From: Alphaproteobacteria bacterium
Lineage (GTDB): Bacteria; Pseudomonadota; Alphaproteobacteria; UBA828
Assembly (NCBI GenBank): GCA_965200925.1
Contig: OZ241738.1
Span: 491,891-555,890, forward strand
Reading direction: 5' to 3'
DNA length: 64,000 nucleotides
The notes beneath the pieces are model-generated. The model saw only the letters and a program-made list of their open reading frames with translations, was not told the origin of the DNA and ran no database searches. Positions 17,736 through 27,125 of the stretch are shown in pieces (the first letter of the stretch is position 1; each line of letters opens with the position of its first letter). The position numbers and the translations under genes are program-made.

Positions 17736-20494
17736 CCTTCCAACGACAGGCCACGGAAAAGTGGCGTAACGAAGTCCCCGGCGCGCGCTGGTTCAAGGCC
17801 GACCTGCACGTCCATACCATCGACGACCACGCCGGCCGGGCGAAAATGCCGGACGGCCTGTCGGGCGATCCGGCGGACCCACAGACGCTGGAGGACTACG
17901 CGCGGCGCTTTCTCCGGGCCGTCGTGGAACGCGGCGTGCAGGTCGTCGGGCTGACGCCGCATTCGCCGCGCGCGGGGGACGGCTCGGACACGAGCGCCGT
18001 CTGGCGCATCGTCGAGGAGTGGAACGAAGGAACCGACGACGACGGCATCCCGTTCCGGAAGAAGATATACGCCGTGTTCCCCGGATTCGAACCGTCGCTC
18101 CGGGAGGGAAAAGAAGGCTTGCATCTCCTGTTTCTGTTCGATCCCGAAATCGGCCGCGATCGTTATCTGAGAGTCTTCGATCTTGTTATGGGCGGCGTTT
18201 CGCCTTGGCAAGGCGGAACCTTGCAGATCTCCGGCAAGCGTGCGGACCAAGCTTTCGACGATTTGAAGAATTTCCGGGAGCGTGAACACTCCGTCGGCGA
18301 GGGTTGGAATTCTCTTGTCCTCGCCCCCCATATCGACGCCGACAAGGGTTTGCTCGGCACGCAGAAAGCCCAGGTTCTGCAACTCTTTGATCACGGAGCA
18401 ATCGCCGGTCTGGAACTCGGCGACGACAAGCTGCCGAAAGAAATTTTGCAGAACCGTCTGTGGCTCCGCGATGGAATGGAAACGCATCGTCAGGCGTTCT
18501 TCCACGCCAGCGACGCCTACGGTCCGGGCGACGTCGGCCGTCGCCATACGTGGATCAAGCTCGCGAGTCCGCGCATCGAAGCCCTGCGCCAAGCGTTCGT
18601 CGCCAGCGATTCGCGCGTGCGGATCGGCTTCGAGAAAGGCAGCGATGGCGCGCTCCGGCCGATCGACCATCCGCCCGCCGTTATATCCGGAAACCGCCCT
18701 TGGCTGAGAGAGGTGACGGTACGCGGCGGCGTTTCGTTCTTCGGCGGCCAGGAAGATGGTAAGCCGAGAGGGACCCGCTTCCGGCTGAATCCGGACCTGA
18801 CCTGCATCATCGGCGGCAGCATGACCGGCAAGAGCACCTTGCTCGACGGCCTGCGCTTGCATGTCGGTGCGCCGTTGCCCTCCAACGAGGCGGTCCGCAG
18901 GCAGGTCGAAACCCGGGGCCGGAACGTTTTCGCCGCCGGTTCGCCCGAGGTTGCGCTCGACTGCCCTGGCCAGGACCCCACTGCACCACCGTTGGAACGG
19001 TGGCCCGCCCGGTTCTTCGCCCAGAACGAATTGCAGCGCCTCTCCCAAGAGAGCGCGGCCGCTGAAGACATTCTTGCGCGCCTGATTCCGTCCGAAATAG
19101 AAGGAATCGATGGGCGCGGCGCCGAGTTGAAACGCCTCGACAAGCGCCTCGCCGATCTGGCCAGGCAGCTCGCGAAACTCGATGAAACCGTCGGGGAAGC
19201 GGAGCAGGATTGTCAACGCACCGGCGACGCGAAAGTGGCGCTCGCCGCCTTTTCCGAAGCCGGCGTGGACGATCTCCACCAAGCCAGCCGTGAGCGGCGG
19301 GCCTGGGAATCGACGGCGAGCACCGTTCAGACGGCTCTCCGAGGTCCTGTCAGGGAAATCGTTCGAGCCGCGCGGGAAATCGACTTGCCGCCCGTGGGCG
19401 GGAAGCAGGTGGAGATTCCGTCAGAGAATTCGGTCGATTGGCGAAAGCTGGATCTGGACGGAAGACAACGCCGGATCGTCGAACGCCTGGAAGCCGTGTC
19501 GCAAGAGGCGGAGAAATGGATCGCTGACATTCTCGACGTCTCCTTGAAAATGGGCAAACGCGAGGCCGCCGTTCGTATCGAAGTGGAGCGAGCTCTTGCC
19601 GCCCGCGGATACGACGCCGGGACACTCAAGGAGATTCAGCAACTCACACGCCAAGCATCGCTGTTTCCCAATTACGCGGCGCATCGCGACGATACGCGCC
19701 GCCGACTCGCGGCGGACGAGAAGGCGTTCGGCGACTCGTCGAAGGAGCGCCGTGCTCTCGTCGAAGAGCAGCGACGGGCCTTCGCGCGCGTTGCCCAAGG
19801 CGTGAACCGGGAATTCGGAGGCCGGATCCGTGTGCACCGGATTGACGACGCCGACACCCGGACTCTCGACGATTTCTTGAGAGGGCTACGGCAAAAGGGC
19901 GTGACGCGCTGGTGGAACGACTTCGACCCGACGAAGAAACCCTCGCCCGACAGGCTGGTCGCGTGCCTCGCCGCTGGTTCCCTCGCCGAAGTCGGCATGA
20001 GCGATGCCGTCCAGGAAAGGTTCCGCGAGAGCGTCACCAAGTCGAAGCGGCGTGAGTTGGCCGCGCTGCGGTGCCCGGACCGTTACGTTCTCGAACTGCG
20101 GATGGACGACGGTTCCTACCGCCCTCTGGACGATCTTTCTGGAGGCCAACGAGTCAGCGTTCTTCTCTCCCTTCTTCTGGAAACCGAAGATGCCCGCCCG
20201 CTGGTGATCGACCAACCCGAGGACGAACTCGACAACCGGTTTCTGTCGGAAACGGTCCTCCCGGCACTGAAGAAACTGCGCGGTCGGCGGCAAGTCATCG
20301 TCGCGACGCACAAGGCGGAGATCGTCGTCAATGGAGACCCCGACATGGTGATCCTTCTCGACGCGACGGCCCACCACGGGCGCGTGGCATGCGCCGGCGC
20401 GATCGAGGAACCGGCCGTTCGCGACGCCATCGTGCGCACTGTGGACGGCGGGGAGGAAGCATTCCGTCTTCGACGGCGGAAATACGGATTCTGA
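17732..20494 (+). CDS. PHP-domain phosphoesterase fused to an SbcC/RecF-like ABC ATPase (920 aa); nested accessory gene between pglX and pglZ
   Basis: N-terminal PHP motifs: FKADLHVHTIDDHAG, LTPHSP, APHIDADKG. RecF/SbcC-like N-lobe with Walker A: LTCIIGGSMTGKSTLLDGLRL. Long coiled-coil-like middle region. ABC signature and Walker B/D-loop: LSGGQRVSVLLSLLLE...LVIDQPEDELD. ATG overlaps the pglX stop. Confidence 0.7.
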   Translation: MTFQRQATEKWRNEVPGARWFKADLHVHTIDDHAGRAKMPDGLSGDPADPQTLEDYARRFLRAVVERGVQVVGLTPHSPRAGDGSDTSAVWRIVEEWNEGTDDDGIPFRKKIYAVFPGFEPSLREGKEGLHLLFLFDPEIGRDRYLRVFDLVMGGVSPWQGGTLQISGKRADQAFDDLKNFREREHSVGEGWNSLVLAPHIDADKGLLGTQKAQVLQLFDHGAIAGLELGDDKLPKEILQNRLWLRDGMETHRQAFFHASDAYGPGDVGRRHTWIKLASPRIEALRQAFVASDSRVRIGFEKGSDGALRPIDHPPAVISGNRPWLREVTVRGGVSFFGGQEDGKPRGTRFRLNPDLTCIIGGSMTGKSTLLDGLRLHVGAPLPSNEAVRRQVETRGRNVFAAGSPEVALDCPGQDPTAPPLERWPARFFAQNELQRLSQESAAAEDILARLIPSEIEGIDGRGAELKRLDKRLADLARQLAKLDETVGEAEQDCQRTGDAKVALAAFSEAGVDDLHQASRERRAWESTASTVQTALRGPVREIVRAAREIDLPPVGGKQVEIPSENSVDWRKLDLDGRQRRIVERLEAVSQEAEKWIADILDVSLKMGKREAAVRIEVERALAARGYDAGTLKEIQQLTRQASLFPNYAAHRDDTRRRLAADEKAFGDSSKERRALVEEQRRAFARVAQGVNREFGGRIRVHRIDDADTRTLDDFLRGLRQKGVTRWWNDFDPTKKPSPDRLVACLAAGSLAEVGMSDAVQERFRESVTKSKRRELAALRCPDRYVLELRMDDGSYRPLDDLSGGQRVSVLLSLLLETEDARPLVIDQPEDELDNRFLSETVLPALKKLRGRRQVIVATHKAEIVVNGDPDMVILLDATAHHGRVACAGAIEEPAVRDAIVRTVDGGEEAFRLRRRKYGF

Positions 20495-20503
20495 GGCGCG
20501 GCG

Positions 20504-21706
20504 ATGGAATGGGCGAACGTACTGCGACGCATAGAAGCGGGCGAAGACCGAACCACCGAGTTCAAGCGGGAGCTCGGAAACGACCTGTCCGCCGTCGGCA
20601 AGGCGATTTGCGCGTTCGCGAACGGTGAAGGCGGCTTGATCGTCCTTGGAATCGACGACGCGGGATCCATCATCGGGCTGAACGCAGATCCGCACAAGGT
20701 GCATGAGCGATTGACCGATTTCCTGCAAACCGGATGCAGCGCGCCGGTCGGGGCGCGCTATGGACGGCACGAGGTCGCGAACGGCTGGGTCCACTGGATC
20801 GAGGCGCCCCGCATCCGGGGACCGGAACCGCTTCGCTACCGCGGGCGCACCTACATTCGCCGCGAACGAAGCAGCGTGGAGCCCTCTCCCCACGAGCTTC
20901 AGGAATTGTTCAACGCCTTCGGCTTTGTCTTAACCGAAGAACAGGCGATTCTGGCGGCGAGTGTCGAAGACATCGATATCAAGTCGTTCCGGTCGTTCCT
21001 GCGCAGACGGGGGCTCGAAACGGAGGAAGAGCCGCAACCCTCGATCGAGGACGATCTGCGCAATGCCCGCGTTCTGCGCGACGTCGACGGAACGCTTCGC
21101 CCCACTCTCTACGGGCTGATGGTCTTCGGCCGGGATCCCCAGGCGCATCCGCACACCGGAAGCTTCTGGATCCAATGCACCGCCTATGCGGGCCGCGACC
21201 GGGCGTCGGACGTCATCCTGGTCGGGGAGGGCAAGGGGCACCTCGACGAACAGGTGCGCCGGGCGCTCGGCTGGCTGAAGAGCCTGGGGTGGACCGAATC
21301 CTATCCCGGCATCCTTCGCGAGGATCGCCCGCTGATCCCCGAACCCGCGGTTCGCGAAGCGCTGGTGAACGCCGTCGCCCACCGCGACTACGCGCTCATC
21401 GGCTCGCCCGTGCAGCTCGAAGTGTTCCGCGACCGGGCCGCCGTCACCAGCCCCGGCACGCTCCCCAACCACATGACGGTCGAAAACGTCCGGTTCGGCG
21501 GTCTCCCACGCTCCCGCAACGAGTGGATGGCGAACGCCATGGTCGTGGCGCGCCTGATGGAAAAGCGGGGGCTCGGTTGGCTCAGGATGCGCCGCGAAAT
21601 GCAGGCGTTCAACGGCACCGAACCGGAACTGGTCAACGACGAAGGCGGCAAATTCGTCCGCGTGACCTTCCGCCTGAAGCCGGAACCCGCCGGGGAAAAA
21701 GCGTGA
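20504..21706 (+). CDS. AlbA_2/Schlafen-like divergent-AAA ATP-binding protein with C-terminal HATPase_c_4-like region (putative nucleic-acid-binding)
   Basis: N-terminus ...EDRTTEFKRELGND...AICAFANGEGGLIVLGIDDAGSIIGL is typical of the AlbA_2 (Schlafen group) domain. 400 aa. The PglZ GTG start overlaps its stop. Confidence 0.5.
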   Translation: MEWANVLRRIEAGEDRTTEFKRELGNDLSAVGKAICAFANGEGGLIVLGIDDAGSIIGLNADPHKVHERLTDFLQTGCSAPVGARYGRHEVANGWVHWIEAPRIRGPEPLRYRGRTYIRRERSSVEPSPHELQELFNAFGFVLTEEQAILAASVEDIDIKSFRSFLRRRGLETEEEPQPSIEDDLRNARVLRDVDGTLRPTLYGLMVFGRDPQAHPHTGSFWIQCTAYAGRDRASDVILVGEGKGHLDEQVRRALGWLKSLGWTESYPGILREDRPLIPEPAVREALVNAVAHRDYALIGSPVQLEVFRDRAAVTSPGTLPNHMTVENVRFGGLPRSRNEWMANAMVVARLMEKRGLGWLRMRREMQAFNGTEPELVNDEGGKFVRVTFRLKPEPAGEKA

Positions 21707-24030
21707 CGACCGCCACCCTGATCGACGCGATCCGCGAGTCGATGGCCGCGAGCCTGCACGGGCCGGACGGCGCGGAACCGCCCGCCGCCCTGCTCTGGAC
21801 CGACCCGGACGGCCAGTGGCGGCCGCTGATCCCCGCGCTCATGAAGGCGCTGCCAGAACTCTACGCCCTCGGCGCCTACGCGCCCGCGGAACGGCGCGGA
21901 CCGGTCATCTGGCTCAAATGCGTCGTCGAACGGACCCTGCCCGACGCGGCGCCGGAAGTGGGCGCGACGCCGGTCCTCTACCTGCCCGAGGTGGGGCGCC
22001 AGACGCTGCGGGCCGCCGACGATTGCGACGCCACGCTCCAGCCGCTGGTCGAGCTGCAATATCGCGGCGCCGTCTGGCATCAGCGCAACGGCCGCGACTG
22101 GACGGTCGAGGCGTTCCTCGCTTCCGACGACGCGCTCGGGCTCGACGTGGCGCGCGACGCGGCGACCCGCGCCGCCGCGTTGCGCGCCCTGCCCTTGCTG
22201 GCGGCGGAGCCGGTCGCGACGCTGCGCGGCCGCCGGCTCGAGGCGGAGGATTTCGACCGCCTGTCGATCGGCGATCCGATCCGCGATCTGTTGACCTGGA
22301 TGAGCGACGCCGCGGCGTTCGAGGCGGACTGCGACCCGGACCGCTGGGCGGCGTTTCGCGACGTCTGCGCGCGCGAATTCGCGTTCGACCCGGAGACGGA
22401 CGGCCTCCGCGCCGCCGCGGACACGCTGGCCGCGGGCGGCGGCAAGTGGAACGAGGCTTGGCGGCGTTTCTGCGATGTGCCGCTGCTTTACCCCGGTATT
22501 CCCGCCGTTCTGCGCACGGCGCGGCCCAAGGACCTGTTGCACCCGGTCGAACCGTCCCGCCGGCCGGGCCTGAACGAGGAGCGGGAAGACCGGCTTCGCG
22601 CGGCGCTGGAAGCGGCCGCCGGGCTTCCCCACGCCGACGCCTGCGACAGGGTCGCGGCGCTGGACGACGAACACAGGGAACGCCGCGGCTGGGTGTGGGC
22701 ACAGCTCGGCGAGAGCCCCTGCGCGTTGGCGCTGGAGCCGCTCGGCCGCCTCGCCCGCGCGGCGAAGCGCGAGGCGGAGGCCGCCTCGGCCGAAGCGCTG
22801 GCCGCGGACTACGCCACGCAAGGGTGGCGCTGCGACCGGGCGGCGATCGAGGCGCTGGCCTGCCCCAAACCCGGCGCCGGACACGGTCTCGTCACCAGCG
22901 TCGTGCGGGCGCTGTACGAACCGTGGCTCGACCGCGCGGCGCGGCGCTTCCAGAGCCTGCTTTCCGCCGGGCATCCCGATCCGGGCGCGTTGACGAGCGG
23001 CGTCGACGCCGAACCCGGGGTCTGCATCCTCTTCGCCGACGGGCTGCGCTTCGATCTCGGGGCCATGCTGGGCGAGCGGCTGGAGGCGCGCGGCGTCCGG
23101 GTGCGGCTCGGGCATCGCATGGCGCCGATCCCGACCGTGACCGCCACTGCGAAGCCGCTGGCTTCCCCCGCCCATGCGGCCTGTGCCGGCGCGGCGAGCG
23201 CGGAGGATTTCTGCCCCGCGGTTGCCGGCGCCGGCAAGCCGGCGACCGCCGCGCGGCTTCGCGCCCTCATGGTGCGGCAGGGCATCGCGATTCCGGAGGC
23301 CGGCGAAATACCCATGGCGCTCGACGGCGGCGCCGGCGCCTGGATGGAAACGGGAAAGATCGACACGCTCGGCCATTCCCTGGACGCCGCACTCGCCCGC
23401 CAGATCGACGCGGAGATCGACGCCATCGCCGACCGTGTCGATGCGCTTCTCGCGGCCGGCTGGCGCAAGGTCCGGGTCGTGACCGATCACGGCTGGTTGC
23501 TGCTTGCGGGCGGATTGCCGCGGGTCGATCTGCCGCCGTCGTTGGTCGAAACCAAATGGTCCCGCTGCGCCGCCGTTCGAGGCGAGTCGGAACCCGTCGT
23601 TCCCACCTACCCGTGGCACTGGGACCCGTCGCTGCGGATCGCCTCGCCGCCGGGAATCGGCGCCTTCCGTGCCGGCACGGAATACGCCCACGGCGGCGTC
23701 AGTCCCCAGGAATGCGTCGTGCCCGATTTGCTCGCGGAGCGCGACGCGGCCGTCGCCGCCGCGCGGATAACGAGCGTGGTCTGGCGTGGGATGCGCTGCC
23801 GGATCGCCGTCGAGACCGGCGCGCCGGGGGCGAAAGTCGACCTGCGGCTCAACCGCAGGCAGGCCGAATCCAGCATCGCCGCCGCGGTCCGGGCGCTGAA
23901 CGATGCCGGCGAGGCGAGCCTCGTCGTTCCCGACGACGAGCACGAAGGCGCCGCGGCCCTGGTCGTGGTTCTGGACGAAGCGGGGCGGGTGCTCGACGAC
24001 CGCCCGACCACCGTCGGCGACGGAGGGTGA
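21703..24030 (+). CDS. pglZ: BREX alkaline-phosphatase-superfamily protein PglZ (~775 aa)
   Basis: N-terminus LIDAIRESMAASLHGPDG...LLWTDPDGQW. PglZ-domain motif VVTDHGWLLL. Position before brxL. Start GTG 21703 (alternative ATG 21742). Confidence 0.85.
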   Translation: MTTATLIDAIRESMAASLHGPDGAEPPAALLWTDPDGQWRPLIPALMKALPELYALGAYAPAERRGPVIWLKCVVERTLPDAAPEVGATPVLYLPEVGRQTLRAADDCDATLQPLVELQYRGAVWHQRNGRDWTVEAFLASDDALGLDVARDAATRAAALRALPLLAAEPVATLRGRRLEAEDFDRLSIGDPIRDLLTWMSDAAAFEADCDPDRWAAFRDVCAREFAFDPETDGLRAAADTLAAGGGKWNEAWRRFCDVPLLYPGIPAVLRTARPKDLLHPVEPSRRPGLNEEREDRLRAALEAAAGLPHADACDRVAALDDEHRERRGWVWAQLGESPCALALEPLGRLARAAKREAEAASAEALAADYATQGWRCDRAAIEALACPKPGAGHGLVTSVVRALYEPWLDRAARRFQSLLSAGHPDPGALTSGVDAEPGVCILFADGLRFDLGAMLGERLEARGVRVRLGHRMAPIPTVTATAKPLASPAHAACAGAASAEDFCPAVAGAGKPATAARLRALMVRQGIAIPEAGEIPMALDGGAGAWMETGKIDTLGHSLDAALARQIDAEIDAIADRVDALLAAGWRKVRVVTDHGWLLLAGGLPRVDLPPSLVETKWSRCAAVRGESEPVVPTYPWHWDPSLRIASPPGIGAFRAGTEYAHGGVSPQECVVPDLLAERDAAVAAARITSVVWRGMRCRIAVETGAPGAKVDLRLNRRQAESSIAAAVRALNDAGEASLVVPDDEHEGAAALVVVLDEAGRVLDDRPTTVGDGG

Positions 24031-24032
24031 CG

Positions 24033-26081
24033 ATGGAACTCGACCGTCTGGACGAACTGGCCGCCGCCGCCTTCGATGGCTACCTGGTGCGCAAGGATCT
24101 GGTCCGCAGATACGCGCGCCAGTACCCGGTGCCGACCTACGTCGTCGAATTCCTCCTCGGGCGCTACTGCGCGAGCGTCGACGAGGCGGAGATCGAAGAA
24201 GGGCTGCGCATCGTCGAACGGTTGCTGAAGGACCGGACCGTCCGCACCGGCGACGAGGAGCTGTTCAAGGCGCGGGCGCGGGAGAACGGGTCGATCCGCC
24301 TCATCGATCTGGTCAAGGCGCGGCTGGACGCGCGCAACGATTGCTATGTCGCCGAACTGCCCAGCCTGAATCTGCGCCACGTCCGCATCGACGACGAACT
24401 CGTCGGCGACAACGAGCGCATGCTGACCGACGGCTTCTATGCCGAGGTCACGCTCGGCTACGACGGCGTCATCGCTCAGGAGAAGGATGGGCGGCCTTTC
24501 AAGGCGGAGGCACTGCGGCCGATCCAGATGTCGAAGCCGGATGTGCTCGACGTCTACGCCGGCGCGCGGCGCGGGTTCGCGACCGGCGAGTGGATCGATT
24601 TCCTGCTGCGCTCCGTCGGCCTGGAGCCGGCGGCGTTCGACGAGCGCGCGAAGCGGGTGGCGCTGCTGCGCATGGTCCCGTTCGTGGAGCGGAACTACAA
24701 TCTGGTGGAGCTCGGGCCGCGCGGGACCGGCAAGAGCCATCTCTTCCAGCAGATATCGCCCTACGCGCATCTGGTTTCCGGCGGCAAGGCGACCGTCGCC
24801 AAGATGTTCGTCAACAACGCCAACGGCCAGCGCGGCCTGGTCTGCCGCTACGACGTGGTCTGCTTCGACGAGGTCGCCGGCATCTCCTTCGACCAGAAGG
24901 ACGGCGTCGGCATCATGAAGGGCTACATGGCCTCGGGCCAGTTCAGCCGCGGCAAGGAGAACATCCGTGCCGACGGCAGCTTGGTGATGGTCGGCAACCT
25001 GGATGCCGACATCGAGCAGCAGCAGCGGATCGGCCATCTGTTGCGCCCGCTACCGCCCGAGATGCGGGACGACACCGCGTTCATGGACCGCCTGCATGCG
25101 TTCGCGCCGGGCTGGGACTACCCGAAGCTCGCGCCGGGTGCGCATCTGACCGACCATTTCGGCCTCGTCAGCGATTTCCTCAGCGAGTGCTGGAGCCGGC
25201 TGCGCAGCGGCAACCGCGTCTCTGCGATGCAGAGCCGGGTGCATCTGGGCGGCGCGTTGAGCGGGCGCGACATCGAGGCGGTCAACAAGACCGTCGGCGG
25301 CCTCATCAAGCTGCTGTTCCCGGACCCGGACATGCCGGTCGCCGACGACGATCTCGAATGGACCGTGCGGCTGGCCCTGGAAGCGCGCCGCCGCGTCAAG
25401 GAACAGCAGAAGCGCGTCTTCAAGAGCGAGTTCCGCAACACCCATTTCAGCTACATCCTGGGTACGGAGGGCGTCGAGCGGTTCGTGGCGACGCCGGAGC
25501 TGCACAGCGACGAGGCGATCGACAGCGACCCGTTGCCGCCGGGGCAGGTCTGGGGCGTCGGCGCCGGGTCGGGCGGCGCCGGGGCCGGCCTCTACCGCAT
25601 CGACGTCACCTGCGGTCCGGGCGGCGGCGTGCGCATCCTGAACCAGCCGACTCCGCCCGCGTTCCGAGAGAGCGTGCGGGTGGGCGAACAGAACCTGTAT
25701 GCGCGGGCAAAGCAGCTGGTCGGCGACCGCAACCCGCGCGAGGACGAGTTCACGGTCCAGATGCGTCCCATGGACGCCACCATGTCGGGCGAGGGGCTGG
25801 GGGTGCCGGTGCTGGTCGCCCTCTGCGGGGCCCTGCTCGGCCGCAACACCCGCGGCGGCGCCATCGTCGCCGGGGCGCTCAATCTCGGCGGCTCGATCGA
25901 GCCGGTCCCGAACGCGGCGCGGGTCGCGGAGCTCGCCGTCGACAAGCAGGCCCAGACGCTGCTGATGCCCGTCTCCGCGCGCCGGCAGCTCGACGACTTG
26001 CCCGACGATCTGTGGACCAGGATCAACATCGAGTTCTACAAGGACGGCCCCGACGGCGTATTCAAGGCGCTGATGGAGTGA
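24033..26081 (+). CDS. brxL: BREX Lon-like protease BrxL (~682 aa)
   Basis: MELDRLDELAAAAFDGYLVRKDLVRRYARQYPVPTYVVEFLLGRYC N-terminus. AAA+ Walker A GPRGTGKSHLFQQISPYA. Lon-like C-terminus. Last gene of the operon. Confidence 0.85.
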   Translation: MELDRLDELAAAAFDGYLVRKDLVRRYARQYPVPTYVVEFLLGRYCASVDEAEIEEGLRIVERLLKDRTVRTGDEELFKARARENGSIRLIDLVKARLDARNDCYVAELPSLNLRHVRIDDELVGDNERMLTDGFYAEVTLGYDGVIAQEKDGRPFKAEALRPIQMSKPDVLDVYAGARRGFATGEWIDFLLRSVGLEPAAFDERAKRVALLRMVPFVERNYNLVELGPRGTGKSHLFQQISPYAHLVSGGKATVAKMFVNNANGQRGLVCRYDVVCFDEVAGISFDQKDGVGIMKGYMASGQFSRGKENIRADGSLVMVGNLDADIEQQQRIGHLLRPLPPEMRDDTAFMDRLHAFAPGWDYPKLAPGAHLTDHFGLVSDFLSECWSRLRSGNRVSAMQSRVHLGGALSGRDIEAVNKTVGGLIKLLFPDPDMPVADDDLEWTVRLALEARRRVKEQQKRVFKSEFRNTHFSYILGTEGVERFVATPELHSDEAIDSDPLPPGQVWGVGAGSGGAGAGLYRIDVTCGPGGGVRILNQPTPPAFRESVRVGEQNLYARAKQLVGDRNPREDEFTVQMRPMDATMSGEGLGVPVLVALCGALLGRNTRGGAIVAGALNLGGSIEPVPNAARVAELAVDKQAQTLLMPVSARRQLDDLPDDLWTRINIEFYKDGPDGVFKALME

Positions 26082-26127
26082 GTCGACGCTGATATCGGTG
26101 GCTGCGGATTCGCCCCGAGGGGCGCCT

Positions 26128-26568
26128 CTACGCGGCCCGCGTCGCCACCACCAGCCGCTGTCCGAGGGCGTGAAGCGCCGCCTCGATATGGCCGATGTGC
26201 GACCGGTGGTCGAGGTCGAGCAGGCACCGCACCGTCCCCTCCACGGTCCCCAATCGCTTGGCCAGCGCGGCGTTGCCGAGCCCGCGCTCGCGCATCGCGC
26301 GGTAGAGAGCGATCTCGGCGGCGACCAGTGCGGGCAGCGCGACAAGCGGACGTCCCCTTCCCGGCGACGGCAGCGGAATGTCGCGGCGGGCTTCGATGTA
26401 TCCACCGAGCGCGGCGACGAGGCAGTCCTCCGCCTCCGCCAGCGCCTCCCGCTCCATGGCGCCTTCCGTCAAGGCTTCCGGGACGTCGGGAAACGACGCC
26501 AGCACGGACCCCCCTTCCTCCGCCTCGAGCCTGACGGGATACGCCAACCGCATCGACCGTATCGTCAT
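26128..26568 (-). CDS. hicB: Type II antitoxin HicB family
   Basis: MTIRSMRLAYPVRLEAEEGGSVLASFPDVPEALTEGAMEREALAEAEDCLVAAL matches HicB N-domain consensus. C-terminal DNA-binding tail. SD caggag upstream of ATG 26568. Confidence 0.7.
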   Translation of the reverse strand: MTIRSMRLAYPVRLEAEEGGSVLASFPDVPEALTEGAMEREALAEAEDCLVAALGGYIEARRDIPLPSPGRGRPLVALPALVAAEIALYRAMRERGLGNAALAKRLGTVEGTVRCLLDLDHRSHIGHIEAALHALGQRLVVATRAA

Positions 26569-26620
26569 GGTTTTCTCCTGAGTCCCCGGAGGTCCTCTCG
26601 GGACAGCCCGAGTTGCCGGA

Positions 26621-26797
26621 TCATGGCCGCGAGGAGGCCTTGGCCGATTTCCTTGAAGCGGTCCTTGACCGTGATGAAACGATCCCCATAACGCAGACGG
26701 CCATGACTTCCCTTGCCCGTTCGGGATTCGAAGCGCACCGCGACGCCCGTTCCCGACCGAGCCTTCGGACGCGCCTGACGAACTCGTCACCGGTCAT
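26621..26797 (-). pseudogene. Possible decayed hicA toxin remnant (frameshifted; GSH motif replaced by GSV)
   Basis: MTGDEFVRRVRRLG in one frame. HicA-like ...EGSVGNGRRGALRIPNGQGKSW only in the adjacent frame, fused to the hicB leader. No intact HicA ORF. Confidence 0.25.
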
Positions 26798-26873
26798 GGA
26801 ACGACGTACACACGTGTACGGATAAGGCTCTGCCGGCGCTTCTTGTCGGGACGCTATCCGCTTTATCAAGACG

Positions 26874-27125
26874 CTATCCGCTGATCTCCGCGATTCTGTT
26901 TGCGATGCGGTTAGCGGCGGCCTTGAGGGAATCGTTGGCGAGGTGAGCGTAGCGGGCGGTGGTCTGGACCTGGGTGTGGCCGAGCAGCTTGCCGATCATC
27001 GGCAGGCCCTCGCCGACCAGCAGGCCGCCGCTGGCGAAGCTGTGGCGCAGGTCGTGGAGGCGCACGTCGTCGAGACCGGCCCGCGCCCGGATGCGTCGCC
27101 AGGGATGCGGCGATGGCGAAGTCAC
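26874..27125 (-). pseudogene. Tyrosine recombinase/integrase C-terminal fragment only
   Basis: LHDLRHSFAS...LLGHTQVQTTARYAHL contains the catalytic H-x-x-R ... Y box at the very C-terminus. Only ~70 genuine residues remain. The N-terminal part is replaced by unrelated sequence at ~27075-27125. Confidence 0.7.

Noticed and set aside
26101-26126. Short hairpin cgccccgaggggcg between convergent brxL and hicB as terminator
   Set aside because: Stem is only 5-6 bp with a 2-4 nt loop and no U-tract; too weak to call.
26569-26870. Intact hicA toxin upstream of hicB
   Set aside because: No single frame gives a HicA-like protein. HicA-like segments are split across two frames and the GSH motif reads GSV. 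Kept only as a low-confidence pseudogene.
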